A stretch of DNA of 60,551 nucleotides, the filler included, from Basidioascus undulatus (Eukaryota): assembly GCA_000826855.1 (NCBI GenBank). It is 8 parts of 8 records of this genome, joined end to end, with 100 filler letters (N's around TTAATTAATTAA, not from the genome) between each part and the next. Parts side by side here need not be neighbours in the genome. Positions count along the whole stretch, not along the records: positions 7,599 to 15,085 come from JTLS01001542.1; positions 15,186 to 22,666 come from JTLS01001543.1; positions 22,767 to 30,246 come from JTLS01001544.1; 5 more parts are not named here. The stretch is one strand, 5' to 3'. A program made the translations under genes and the position numbers. Positions 11,960 through 25,149 of the stretch are shown piece after piece (within the stretch, counting starts at the first letter, position 1; every line of letters begins with the position of its first letter). The notes beneath the pieces are model-generated. The model saw nothing but the letters and a program-made list of their open reading frames with translations, was not told the origin of the DNA and made no database searches.

Positions 11960-12113
11960 GGCTGTGAAAAGAGAAGACAAGGGACAAACTCGCCAACCGA
12001 CCAAATCCTGGCTTTCGGCTGCTCGTGAATTTACAGGGCTGCCTTGCGGTCATGCCTCGCAGCTTCGGCCCGAACTCGAGAACCTCGCCAACCTCCTTCC
12101 CTCATCGCCCAAA
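11960..12113. promoter_or_regulatory. Compact divergent (bidirectional) promoter region between the release-factor gene and NAT3
   Basis: Head-to-head ATGs at 11959 (-) and 12114 (+) are separated by only 154 bp. Confidence 0.6.
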
Positions 12114-12907
12114 ATGTCCATCCTCCGGCCGTTTCGTGCAACGGACCTGTTTTCTTTCAACAACATGTGCGCATCTTCAAAGTGAAGTGCGGGAGCCGTT
12201 GAGACTAATCACTGGGTTACAGTAACCTCGATTACTGGACGGAGACTGTGCGCCGCATACTCAGCTTCCTGCACAACTCTCGAGCTAACGTCTTTAGCGC
12301 GAATGCAGTACAGTCTCTCCTTCTACCAAAGCTACCTAGCGACATGGCCTGAGCTCTGTGTCGTAGCGGAGCACCCCTCCTCGACGCTCATGGGCTACGG
12401 TGCGTCCACTCCCTCGCCAACCCCTGCGCGCTCTCTGAAGGCGCGCCCTCGACAGTGATCGGCAAGGTCGAAGGCCGCGGGACGGACTACCACGGGCACG
12501 TCACCGCGCTGTCCATATCGCCCTCGCACCGGCGCATCAACCTCGCGACGGTGCTCATGGACGTGCTCGAGCGTGTGTCGGACGAGATGCACAAGGGGTG
12601 GTTCGTCGACCTCTTCGTGCGCCTCAGCAACGCGACGGCGATCGGGATGTACAAGCGGCTCGGGTACTCCGTGTTCCGAAGAGTGGTGGGCTACTATGGG
12701 GATGATGAGGACGCGTATGGTGAGCATGCTCCTTTGATGGCTTGAGGATTGCCTGAGCGGGCGGCATGGGGTTCTTCGTTACTGATGCTGACGCTGATGC
12801 TGCACTCCGCAGATATGCGAAAACAGCTATCGCGGGATACGAAGAAGATCAGTATACGGGATAATGGCGAGGACGTTCGGGTGTCACCAGAAGAGGTGGT
12901 ATTCTGA
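12114..12907 (+). CDS. NAT3: N-terminal acetyltransferase B catalytic subunit (Nat3/Naa20)
   Basis: Spliced reading gives MSILRPFRATDLFSFNNINLDYWTETY, GKVEG...HGHVTALSI, FVDLFVRLSNATAIGMYKRLGYSVFRRV and EDAYDMRKQLSRD. Four GT-AG introns. Confidence 0.96.
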
Positions 12908-13351
12908 TGCATGCACATTTGCAAGGCTCGGCCACGGGAGTCCGTCGCTTTCAATCCGACCGCTCACTCACCCTGACTTACTCTCGCTTCGCTCGCTGCT
13001 CACTCGGCTCAACGCTTTGATACACCGTCAACCCAGGCCGCAGGCGCACAGCCGCTTTCCCTTCCTCCTTCACACTTCACTGGCAGCATGTCCCTCACCC
13101 GCCCACCATCACGCAGTCGCCCCTCCTCATCCTCCTCCCTGCAGCCCCTCCCCCACCGAAGCCTCCATCGCCCGACACCCTTCCACCCCGCACCGCCCGA
13201 TCCTTCTTCTGCTTCCCACCCAACTCAGCTAGACCCCTCCCTCCCGGTTGCGCTCTCTCAAAAAACCCGCACAACACCCCCATCCCCATCCCTCGCTACG
13301 CTGCTCTGCTCTGTGATGTGATGTAATGCGTTGCAATGCAAACAAATGCGA

Positions 13352-15085
13352 CTATGCTCCCCGGCTCTCCCCCTCCCTCCCCCCCTCCGCCTTCCAATCA
13401 CCATCCCCCATCCCCCCTCCATCCGCGTTCTCATCCACCCCCTTACTAACCACCGCCCCAAACTCATCCAGCTCCACCTCCACCACAACCCCAATCTTAG
13501 CCATCTCGTCCCGCACGCGCTCCGCCTCCTCGCGCTCCCGCGTGCGCGCTGCGACCTTCTCGCGCTCGCGCTCCGCCTCGCCGGCGCGCGGGGAGCCGAC
13601 GAAGGCGTAGGAGTCGGTGTAGGTTGGTCCGTCCAGGGATGGCGGGCGTGGAGGGGGGGAGGTGGAAGAGGTGCTGGGAGGAAGGCGCGTCCACCGGGAA
13701 AGTACGGCGGAGGACTCGGAGACCCACCATTGGTTGATTTTGAGCCAGTGCATTGCTAGGGTGGTGTTGTCTAGGGTCACTTGGTTCCAGTCCCTGTTCC
13801 ACCCGCGCATTCATCAGTCACCTTCCCATGAAGGAAGGAGGCAAGGAGGATGGAAGATGGAGAGGAAGAGAGGGTGGAAGGAAGGAGGACGCACCCCATC
13901 TTCCACCCGTTATCGACGCGCTCCACCAGCTCGGGCGGGTACAAGCCGCGCAAGTTCTGGAGCCACTGGCCCGTGCGCGCATCCTCGACGCCGCGCTCGT
14001 GGTACGGCTCCATGGGGGACGAGCCGAGCCAGGCGACCTGTGCCACCGCACCCACTAGCTCAGTATCCCGCCAGAGAGAGCGCGCGTCGGGAGAATCGAG
14101 AGAGATGGTGAGAATGGGGAGAGTGGGTAGGGAGTTGGCGTACAAGAGGCCAGCTCAGCCCGTACGAGAGCCCGCGGAAGTACTCGGGGAAGTGCTGTGA
14201 GCGCCCGGCGGAGGTACCCCAGTAGACGTTGGACTCGCAACGAAGCGAGCGGAGCGAGCGCAGGACGGCAGGGAGGATTAGGAGGGTCTGTGTGCGTGTT
14301 TGAATGGAAAAGAGAGGCGCGGGGGCCGGGGGAAGGTCAGCAGATGGAGGTTAGGGTAGAATGGAGGGTGGGAGAGGCGGACATCGTCGTCTGCTTTCCT
14401 GAGGTCGGGAAGGAGGAGAATGAGTGAGAGCAAGAGGTGATGGGGAGGGGGAAGAGGGGACGCACAAAACAAATTGGGGTGTCTTCGGGCGGTCCTTCCT
14501 CAGCCCGCGCCTCGCCAACCACCTCAACCACGCCGCCGTCTTCCCGTCGTCCATGTTTTCCTCCTCCTCAAGCACCACAAGATCCCCGTACCTCTCCCCC
14601 TCCCTCTTAGTCATCTCCTCCAGCTCCTCCCTGCTCATCCAGCTGCCATCCTCCGCCTTCTCCCCCTCCCTCTTCGGGGACCCGGCAACAAAGTTCCACT
14701 CCACGCTCCCATCGTCCGGCATGAGCGGCGACTGCCCCCAGAGGAGACGGATGAGCGCGCGCCGCTCGTGCTTCGCGGCGGTGGTGAAGATCCCGATTGA
14801 GACAAGGGGGGTGTCGGGGGTTGTGTGTCGCGGACACGGGTAGTGAGAGGGAGGGGGGGAGGCGAGCAGCCCGAAAGAGGGCTCTTCAAACGACCGCGGG
14901 GGGACGGAGGCGTTGGAGAGGCTGTAGGGCGGGAGGTAGGGATCTGGGTCTGGCGCGGGCGAGTGGGTGAGAGCGTGGTGAAAGAGGAAGAGGAAGAGTG
15001 CGGTGGGCAGGAGGAGGAGGGCGAGGATTGTGCGGGTGGATTTGACTTTGAGCTGGAGGACATCAACCTGAGTGAGTTTCCCCTT
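13352..15085 (-). CDS. Glycosyltransferase family 31 (galactosyltransferase-like), 5'-truncated
   Basis: IGIFTT...RRALIR, RYGDLVVL..ENMDDGKT, FVLKADDD (DxD), YFRGLSYGLSW, VEDARTGQWL and MHWLK appear in GT31 motif order. Confidence 0.85.
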
Positions 15086-15185
15086 NNNNNNNNNNNNNNN
15101 NNNNNNNNNNNNNNNNNNNNNNNNNNNNNTTAATTAATTAANNNNNNNNNNNNNNNNNNNNNNNNNNNNNNNNNNNNNNNNNNNN
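15086..15185. other. Artificial contig spacer
   Basis: N-run with TTAATTAATTAA. Confidence 0.99.
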
Positions 15186-18100
15186 CGCGGGGTCGGAGCC
15201 GCCGCCGCCGCTGCCGATGGAGAGGGAGGAGAAGATGTGGTGGCGCGGATGGAAGCGGCTGTGCGGCGCGTGCTCCGGGTGCGCGAGCGACGTGATGTCG
15301 TCGCTGCTGTGGACGCGGCGCTGGCCGCCGAATGCGGGCACGGGCAGCGACGAGGGCGTGACGTGCGAGGCGGAAGAACCGCCGAAGAAACACCACCTAC
15401 GAACGGGACAGCGCAAGTCAGCCCATGGTCATCGGGGGAAGGAGAAGCGAGATTGCGGGACGCACTGCTGAATCAGACTGTGGTACTCCGTCGAGCCAAT
15501 AGGGGGGCGCGACCCGTTCGGCGCGGTCGTCGCCGCGGGCGGCTTTGTCTCGATTGTCGCGCTGGACGCAGCGAGTGGACTCGCAGGCAGCGGATTGAGC
15601 ATGACGAGAGGCGACCCGGACGGCGTCGCGGTCGAAGAGGACGTCGCAGACGGCGGGGACTCGTCGCCGGGCGTCGGCGGGTTCGAGCGGTGGCGGGTCT
15701 GGTCAAAGTCGGCGTAGGGCGAGTGCGCCGAGCGGTTGAACGGGAACGAGTTGAACCGGTTCTGTCCACGCGAGTCCGCGAACGACGGGCTGTCGCGCGG
15801 CGAGCCGGACGGCCCGCTGTAAAACGACGGCGGGATGTGGCGGCGGGGCGTCTCGGCCGGGGCGGGCGCGGCGGCATCGAGAGGCTTGGGGAGTGAGCGG
15901 GGGGAGAGGAGGTCGGCGGAGCGCATGTCGGGGCTCGCAGTGCTGGGGAACGGCACGCCAGATGGAAGCGGGACGGGGCCCGGCGTCGGGCTGCTGCTCG
16001 CGCCCGCCTTGGCCTCCTTCAAGCTCGCGCCGAAGTCGTAGCGCGTCTTGAGGCGGCTGCTCGGGCTTCCAGGCACGTCGGTCGGCGCGGACTTGAACGT
16101 CGGCAGGCCGTGCGCGTCCTCCGACTGCGCGGCGCCGAGCCGGGCAAGCTCACGCTTAAGGTCCGCCATCCGGTCCTCCGCTTTCGCGCCCTTGACGCTC
16201 CAGGACGACCGCGCCGCGGGCGAGCTGGCGGCGGCAAGCTTGGAGGTCGTGGTCGCGGCGGGTGCGCCACGGCGCAGCTCGATCTGGTAGTTCGCGCCGC
16301 CATTGTTGTCCCAGATCTCCCGACCTTCCACGTTGTACCGGACCTACGTGAGGCAAACATGTCAGCAGCTGATGGGAAACGAAGGGCCTTAGGCGAAAGA
16401 CGTACAGCCAGATACATCGTCTTGTCCTCGATACGCACGAGCAAGTCTTGAAGCTTGATCGTGAACGCAAAGCGATCGTACAACCCCGACTTGACGCTTT
16501 CGCAGTACGTGCAGGAGACCTCAGAGACGGTCTGCCACCTGAGATTCGATAAAGCACACGGGAGTCAGCGGGAAACAGCATGAGGTTCAGCAAAGGGACG
16601 TACAGGTCAAGCGTAAAACGAGCCGCGACGTGCTTCGTGAACGCCTGGATAAATATCACAGTCAGCGTGTGTTCAGGCAGCGACGCATCGGACGGCAAAG
16701 CGTACCAAGTTCTTGACCTGCACGATCCCGCGTAGGCTCTTGCCATCGTCCGCCAAAACGACGCTTTCCAAAAAGACGTCGCGCTCGTTGCGCGGGTTGA
16801 GGGGCGCGGGCGGGAAGTTGGGCAGCTTGAGCTCGAGGCGTCCGAGCTCCTCGGGCTTGATGACGGGGAACGGGTACTCGGTCTCGGACTCGGACACGGT
16901 CTCGTACGTCGGGCTGCCGTCGCGGCTGACGGCGGCGGGCTTCTGCTCGCCGCGGAAGAGGCGGACGTGCTCGAGCTGGGTGTCGAAGTGCACGTACTTG
17001 GGGCACGTCGGCGTCGTCGGGCACGACTTGCTCCCGCGCACGTACGGCGACGTCGGCGACGGCAGCGAGTTGGGGCCGGCGCCGGGCGTGTACTGCTTCA
17101 GGCTCGACTTGACGAGCTCGCCGCTCTTCTTGCGTACCATCGGCGTCGGCCGCGCCGACGCCGGCGACGGCGTGCGGATGATGCCTTCGAGGTCGAGCCG
17201 GAGCCCGTTGGCGTCGGCACCGCCTGCGGACGCGCTAGCGCGCTGAATGCCGGGGCGCCGCCCGTTGACGGTCAGGCGGGAGGAGGACTGAGATGGGAAG
17301 GAGAGCGGCGCGTCGGGCGGGGGAGATCGCTCGGGCGCATTTTCGTCGGAGCGAGGTGGGGAGGTGGGCTTGGACGAGATTGAAGGCAGGGGTGGGGAGT
17401 GCGCGCCAGCTTTGCACCGGCGTTGAGCGATGGAGGGGGAGGCGAGAGGCGCGCCTTTGCGGCGTGGCGGGGAAATTGTGGAGGCGGTGGAGGAAGAGGG
17501 CGTGGAAGCGGGGCTTCGTGTGGAGGGCGGGCGGAGAGGCCCGCCGTTCGTCGTCCGCTGCGAGCCCGTCCATCCGTCCGAGGACGCCGATCGCTCAACC
17601 GCGCCTCCCTCGCGCTCCGGCGTGGGCGGCTGGATGAAGATCTCGCTCGATACCTGGCTCGAGGAGCGCCGATGCAGGCGCGCTCGCGGCTGCCCCGTGG
17701 AAGTGCGCGCAGTCGATGACGACATTGTTGGGCTGGACTCAGCGTTGGGGAGGGCGAGACGGAGAGCCGTGGAGGGTGGGGATGCGGGAGGAGTGAGGGG
17801 GTTGTAGTCGTGCTTCGGCGGGTGCACGGGCGGCGGGAGATCGGAGAGGGACGGAGCCGGCGAGGAGGGGAGGGTGTCTGCGGGGCGCAGCTTGGCCTTG
17901 TCGACGTCGTCGTCCGAGGCGGGCGGCGTGGAGGCGTCGATGCCGATGATGTCCTTCTCCTTCTGCTCCGTCTCGTCGTCGGACGAAAAAGATGCAGAGG
18001 TGGCGGCGAGTTCGGGGTCGCCGGCGGCGGGAGGCAGCGCGGGGGCTGGCGGTGGGGGAGGGGGGAGGCCGCGGTGATCGGCGCGGAGGTTGCGAGAGCT

Positions 18101-18223
18101 GCCGAGGACGAGTGCGATGGCCGCGAGGAGGACGCGAATGGGGAGAACACGCTCTGCGTACGCCGCGAGCTTGCTTAAGAGCGCGAGGAGAAGCGAAGTG
18201 ATGAAGGCAGAGACAGAAGGCAT
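15186..18223 (-). CDS. CBM21-domain protein phosphatase 1 glycogen-targeting subunit (Gac1/PPP1R3-like); start uncertain, 3'-truncated
   Basis: RKKSGELVKSSLK and the RVxF-type motif KYVHFDTQLEHVRLF. The CBM21 domain reads LRGIVQVKNL|AFTKHVAARFTLD|WQTVSEV...YDRFAFTI...|YNVEGREIWDNNGGANY. Confidence 0.9.
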
Positions 18224-21200
18224 GAGCGGCTTCGTGGCGTCGTCGCCGTCGTTGCTCTTTTTGACTGTAATCTGCGGGCAACGATCAAGCAGGACTGGTT
18301 GAGCGACCGGGATGATGAAAGGAGGACTGGGTGGAGCGTGGGCAGCGGCGGGGTGACCACATTCGCAGACTGCGAAGTCTGTTTCAAACTGGACCACGAT
18401 CCCGCCCGCTGGGAAGCCACGGACCTGAGTCCAAGACTCGGTTGTGCTTCTACTAGCGCCCTCAGCTTCTCCACAGCGCGTTGCGCAGCCCCAATCCCGC
18501 CGTACCCGTACGAGACGCCGGTCATGGCAGAGGCGAGGAAGGCAGAATAGAAGAATTGTGTGCTCACCAGCTAGTCGTGACGAATCTGCTGCGAATGCTT
18601 AAAACAGGCAGGCCTGCTGCGTCGTTGCTCGGGGATTTATCGAGGGAACTGAAAGGGAAAAAAAGATCGACGATGCGGATGTCGGTCAGCCTCGCTGGTG
18701 GAGAAGAGGCAAGAAGCAGCGGCTGCCTCAACGACATCCAAGACTGTGGGTGGAGCTAGACAGACATCGGCCGCCTGCCCAGCCCACCGCTCGCCTCGCG
18801 GACGCCGCCGCACAATATCCATGACGCTACTCCCAAATAGAGAGCGTACGCAGAACGAGGGGAGTGATACTCACGATCAGCTTGTAGCTGGCAGACGGCA
18901 AGATGCTCGAATCACGCGTCCAGCCAAGTCGAATGGGCCGTGCAATCGAGATAACGAGCGCCGCGCGCGGGTGCCGTTGGAGCCGCTGCGGACGGTTGGG
19001 TGGTAGACACCGGCGACGACGCGGATGGCGTGCGCGTGGGGAGGAGCGCGAAAAGAATAGACCTCACTGAGGAGGAGGAGGAGGGCGGCGGCGAAGGAGA
19101 AGAAAGAAGGTCGACGGGAGGAGCGAGCAGCTGGCTGGGGCCGGGGCGCGGTCGATGGCCTTCATTTGGCGCGTGGTTCATGATGAGCTCGACGTCACCA
19201 AGCAATCGCGCCCCCACGTCGCCCACAGGGAACCCCGGATTTTCAATTGACAGCGCCCACTCACCGATCTGTAAGCGGTCTGCGCAGCGGAACAGTGTAC
19301 AATTTGGTCGATAGCAACGGCGAGGGGAGGGCAAGAAGCGTCGAGGATGGTGGAAGACTTGAAAGAAAGAGAAAGGACAAGGCAACGCCAGTCCGTGCAT
19401 CAAAAGCAGGCGTGATCCCCACTCGTCCAAAGCACTCGCGCAACGCGGCCCCATCGGTGGGGGAGGGGGGAGCTCCTCGCCGCGGCCAGTGGGGCATGCG
19501 GGGGAAGATGCTCGCTGCACTTGCCGCTAACCAACAAACCCGTGTTGAACTCCAAGCAATCGATGATTGAAAGTCAATTGTGTGCAGCTTTTCTGTACAG
19601 GAAAGTTTGCTCTGAGCTCGCCAAATGCTCGCGGTCATTCAGCTCAGTCTGACTGGCAGTCTATCGCCCCCTCATCGTCCTCCTCTGACCGGTACAAACA
19701 GCGCCCCTCTCCCACTTAGCAGTCCAGTTTCCGTTCCCTCAACTCCAACGCCATGTCTTTCTTCGCCACCGCAGCTGATCTGATCTTGCCACTTCAGCAG
19801 CTTTGGGAGGATTTGAATTCGAATTTCACCAACGACGGCAGCCGAGCTGCCGTGCGCCACGCCTCCTGAATGCGCTTGGGTGCGCCACTTTCTGCTTCCC
19901 CGGCTTGTGCCTGCGAATGCTATACGTCTCCACACGCCCCGAAGATCCCCCACCTGATCCCGCATGTTCTGGAAGCTGGGAGCCGCGGGCCTCCAGCTCG
20001 GCCCCGCACCCCGCACTCCGCACCCCGCATTCCCTGCTCGCTCCCAATTGAATCGATGCGAGCGAGCGGGCAACTTGCGGACGACATTTTTCACAGGGCG
20101 GCACCGAGCGCATCAGCCCATTCCTGCGCTTTTCGCACATCAAAGTGGACAGTAAATTTACCTCTTCAGGAGCGTTGAGATGCGTTGAAGAACAAGTCGT
20201 CGCTGGCGTGCAAGTCTCGCAAGCCACAGCAGCACATATCCACCCTGTGAGCTCCCCGCTCCCTCTGCACCTTTTCACTTTCTCGTTCTTCTCCCGTTTC
20301 TGTGTCTGTGTGATCGAGGTACACACTGCTAGCGCCGGGTTTAACTCCCCCACCGGACAGGTTCCACAGCGCCAGATTCGAGATAGCGCTGCCATGAGGA
20401 GTGGCTGGCTGCTTGAAGAAGGTGGAAAGGATCGACACGCTCGCAGCTCGAGCGCTGGAGCGTCTGCATTTTCAGGTTAGGCGGGAGCATATTACCTTTT
20501 CATGTGATACAAAATGCTGGTTGAGAAACAAGGATAGCATGAGTTTCAGCAGCCTCGCACTGGTGTCGCTCTGAGCAGCGTTGAAATGCGCGCTGCAGAC
20601 ACCCAGCGCAGCGTCGCAAAACTGCACAGGCAACGTGAGAGACGCGCCAACTCTGCCCCGCATATTTCCCCACAGCGAATCCCCGCCGTTACGGGCTTTG
20701 GATGTGGGGTCCGGCTGGGCGTGTGGGATGTCTGCGGGGTCATTCACTGAGAGATGGGCAAGGGCCCAGAACGGTGGGCACAGAAGCTTGGCGGCTTGGG
20801 AACGGACGTTGCAAAAGGTTGGGCAGGCCAGGTAGGAGCGGTTGCAGACGGGGGAAGGTGGTGTCCAGTGATGGGTGTGCGGTGGGTTTCAGTGTGAGGT
20901 CGAGGTAAACCAGCTGCGACAGTTGAGCATCAACACTCCAAATCTGTGCTGCCTACAGACTGCAGCTCTGTTGGGTGCGTTTCTGATGCATGGAATGGAC
21001 ATTGGAACACGTCCTCCTCTGTGAGCATTGACACGCTATACGGAGCTCACCAACGCGCTTCCACCGGGCGCGGTGCAGCGGCAGATGAGAAGGGAAGGGA
21101 AGCAGGAATACAAACAAACAGCTAAGGGCTGAACAAGAGAAAAACCAAAGAAAGTATCCTTGAAAGTAAAGGACTTCTATTAATTGAGCTGGTTCGACGA

Positions 21201-22666
21201 CAACCTTGTCAGCGCCGTCGCCGAAAATACGCGCAACCCTGCCGCTGCGACGGACCTGTTTTGTGGACCGGCCTGAGTTGCGTGCATAGGCTTTGGGAGT
21301 GAATAATTCGGGGCATAAATAAATAAGTCTCTGATGGCACTGTTAGATATTCAGCCATATTGACTGCCCATTGCAAAGTATTTCTGACACCGGGTGGTGC
21401 CATGTTCACCCTTTTCTCGATGCATATGAGAAACGGGTTGAAGCCGGGTTGCAAGCGCGTGACCTGCGTGAGGTTCTGCAGATGGTCAGCCCGTCAGCTT
21501 CATTCATGAAGCACTGCATTACTCAAACGACTGGTGCCATGCACAACTGCAAAGGGGTGGCGGTCAAAGTGGGTGGCAGCATTGACCGGGAAGCCAAACA
21601 GCGCAGACTTACATTAGACCTCGACGGCGGTGTGCGTCGTGAGATAGAAGTACAGCTCATGCAACGTACGTCATCGTGAGGCTCTCGCCGAAACCGAGCG
21701 GCACTGATTATGCTGCATCTTGGCTTTCACACTAAAAATTGTCACTTTTCCATCAGGGCGTCCAACCTCCATCCTAGAGCAGACTCCACCGATAAAAAAT
21801 AGTAAGTTTCTGGATGGAGGGTCAGTGGCTCCAGTTGACCACGATGCTCTGCGATCTGAAGAGACTACTTTCAGATTCGGGTTCTACGCATTCCTGTCAA
21901 CAAGAAGGCACAACAACCCCGCCATTCAATTTTGGGAAGCTTCAGTTTGCGAAGAGGGCTTGTAGCTGTAACTGTTCCCAGTACCATCACAGATGCTGAT
22001 CTCCTCGGAGACCCAAGAAGCCTCCCACGTCTGGCCCGAGACCTTCCACGTCCACCACGCGACATCGTGCAAGTGGAAGTCTGGCGGGTGGCCTCCTTGT
22101 ACCGTGAGAGCCGCGCAACGAGCAGGAGCGCATAAACCAGATCCGGGTCGGCCGTGTCACCCTCTTGCGGTTCGCGCTCCGAGCCACCGCCTTCATCTCG
22201 TCCACCAGAGCGAGGGGGATTGGAAGCGGGACGAATTTGAGGTGAGATTGAGGGGCGCGAGGAGGGAAGTTCAGCGGTGCCCGTCGTCACGGAAGGCAGT
22301 TTGAGAGGGAAGAACGGAAGACGTGAGAGCGAAGTGCGGGCGGCAAGTAGTACTCACAAGCTTTTGGAGGAAGTCGAATGCAGTTACCTGAGTAAGTCTA
22401 GCTTGATTGGCCAACAAGTGCCGAGAGGAAAAAGTGAAAAGCCGTACAATCTGGTTGAGACACACGCCATCTGCGTCCCCATCTAGACTCGCCTTTGACG
22501 TGCAGGACCAGGATTTCCAGCTTCGGCGGAAGCAAGAGGAGCAGCTCCGCACACGACAACCTCAGCCGAACCAGCACAAATCCAAGCAAGAAAAACAACA
22601 ACAGAGCCAGCCCCTCCCTTGTCATCGGAATAATCGTCATAACCATCGTCATGATCAGCCAAGCCT

Positions 22667-22766
22667 NNNNNNNNNNNNNNNNNNNNNNNNNNNNNNNNNN
22701 NNNNNNNNNNTTAATTAATTAANNNNNNNNNNNNNNNNNNNNNNNNNNNNNNNNNNNNNNNNNNNN
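22667..22766. other. Artificial contig spacer
   Basis: N-run with TTAATTAATTAA. Confidence 0.99.
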
Positions 22767-23313
22767 CGGCTGGGACGAGGGGAACAAGATCGGCGGGGGA
22801 GGGAAGAACGGAGATGGACGCGGAGGGTGAAGAAGAGGGGGCGGTGGCGAGTGTCGTAATTGCAGGCTTACTTTAAGGAAGTCCTTGAGTCCGTAGCGGC
22901 GACCTGGAACAGACCCGAGTGTGAGCCCTACGGCGAGTCCGTGGGCACAGCGGCGAAGGCGAGCCTGTTCCACGCACTCGATCCACACCCGCGCCCAAGG
23001 CAGGTCGTTGGGGTAATGCAGTCTTGCCCGCCGCTCACCTCCGAGATAGCCCACCGCAGCAACGTTTTCCCCCCCGCTTTCGCGAATCTGATAACAATAT
23101 TTTATTCATGATCATCAGAGCTTCAGGGCCATATACACACCTCTCAAGTGAGAACGAATATCATCCCTGAGCTGCGTTCCATGAAATTTATCTGAAAGTG
23201 ACTGCGAGCGCTGAAATGGCTGGGGCAAGGCTGGGGCGTCCGGCCCGGTCCCTGGCCGTCACGGGCTCACCCGCGGCGCCTCCTTCCCACGTGGAGCAAA
23301 GGTTCCGCTTCGA

Positions 23314-25149
23314 TCACCACACAATTCCAGCGATTTCAAACCTTTTTTGCATCTCTTCGCACGTCATTCCAATGAAATGCTCTGTCTTCTCTCTCGCCCA
23401 CATCCCAGAGCAACGTGAGAGGACGATCAGGTTGGACGACCTGCCGAGATACTTCCATGCGTGCGGGATGGTCGGGTCGGGAGAGAAGAGGTCGCCAGTC
23501 GCGTATGAGCTGTCGGGCTGGTTCTCGAAGACCTGCGTGAGCAGAGCGAGCGACGTTAAGTATTTGATGAAAAAGAAGTAAAGAAAAAGCAAGAGCAAAA
23601 GGGGGGAGGGAGGCCGAGCGAAGACGAACCTTGTGCGGCCACTCGGGCTTGACGATGAGCTCGTATGCGTCTCCGCCTGCGTGAGCGGACGATGGGCAGA
23701 ACTCGAGCGCGTCGTCGATGGGCGTGTGCGTCGGCGGTCGGCGGAGGTACCACCATGCGCGGTCGGACTCGCAGTCGCGGTGGGCAGTGAGGAGTACTAC
23801 GGTTCCCGACCCATTCCGCATCAGCATTGGTTGCTGAGAGCTGTCCTGGAGAGGGATACGGCACAGCCGCACTGGCTCGACCCCATCCGGCTCACCAACT
23901 TCCATCCTTTGCTGACCATCTCGTCGCCCACCTCCTCGGGCAGCGGCGCGCCCCCGGCGCCAACCATCTCGATCGCCCGCATGCACTTCTCCGCCTCCTC
24001 GTCCCGCAGCCGTGCTTCCAGCACGACCGGAACGCTGAAGAACCAGTGCGGCTCCGCGTCGGCGCAAGCGGCGGCGCGCAGTGCGCGCACGACGTTGCGC
24101 GGCGTGACGGGCGCGGCGTAGAGCGGGAAGAAGACGATGGGCGCGCAGGCGGCGAGGGCGCGGGGAAGATCTGAGAAACCCCCCTGGTAGAGCGGCGCTG
24201 TGGAGAATGCAGGAGGGGAACGATGGCGTGGGAAAGGGAGGAGGGACGTCAGGAGCTTGTGCGAGGTCGGGATGGGCTTCGGAAGGGAGGTGCTGCCTGG
24301 CAAGTCATGCGGTGTCGTCAGGAAAAACAGGACAATGAAGAAAGGAGTAGTGAGGAAAAGGCGCGAGCGGATGGACGCACCAGAGGAATGGAGGATGACC
24401 GCTGTGGTATGTGCCTCTACGGAGGGGGAGAGGGGCGTGGGGAGGAGCGTAGACGAGGGCGTATGCAGGAGTGGGAGGAGTTGGACAGACTCGGCATGGG
24501 GCTCGACGGCGGCGCGGAGGCGCGGGAGGAAGCACGTGTGGCTGACGATGTGCATGCACGCCGTCGCCTGCACGAGGTGAACGATCGCTTCGTCCTGGAG
24601 TTTCGGACTGGGGATATCGCATAAGCATGCAAAGCGATTGAGTTAGTCCAAAGTCGCCGGGGGACGGGAGGAGGTGGCGGACGCACTCCAGCAAGAGCAC
24701 CGCCAGTCCAAGCCGGATGCATGCGAAGAGCGTTTCGAGCAACTCGGGCCCGCTGGACAGACGAGCGCGACGTAATCGGGCGCACGCCGTCCTCGTGCTC
24801 GCGAGACGGCAGCACGTCCACACAGCAGCTCGCGACCTCCTCGACCCCTTCCTTCAGTTCTCGAAAAGCTGAAGAAGCAAAACTATGAGTATCACTCGGA
24901 GAGACGAAGGAGGTCGATGGGGAATTGGGAAGGTATGAGGAAGGAGGAAGACGCACTGATCTTCAAGCACGACCCGCCCACCCCAGGACACGCCACGGCC
25001 AGTTGATCCGGGTGCGTACGCGCGCGGGGGTCAACGAGATGGTTCAGGCTCCGGAAGGGGTTGGGCCATATCGCGTTGTGCAGGGACGCAAGCGTGAGGT
25101 CTTGCACCGCGTACGGCGGGAAGTTCGGCAGCGAGAAGAGCGAAGACAT
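23314..25149 (-). pseudogene. ANL-superfamily adenylation enzyme (NRPS-like A domain / acyl-CoA synthetase), frameshifted and apparently 3'-truncated
   Basis: Motifs ILHSSG|STSLPKPI, GAGGAPLP, RMGSSQCG, YATGDLF and YLGR. The frame changes near 24750-24790 between FRELKEGV...VRP and SSGPELLETLFACIRLG with no intron available. Similarity stops after GRSSNLIVLS. Confidence 0.75.

Noticed and set aside
18400..22666. About 4 kb with many short ORFs, including a CCGCACC-like short repeat near 20002-20035
   Set aside because: I found no recognisable domain or consistent splice structure, so I treated it as intergenic or highly decayed sequence.
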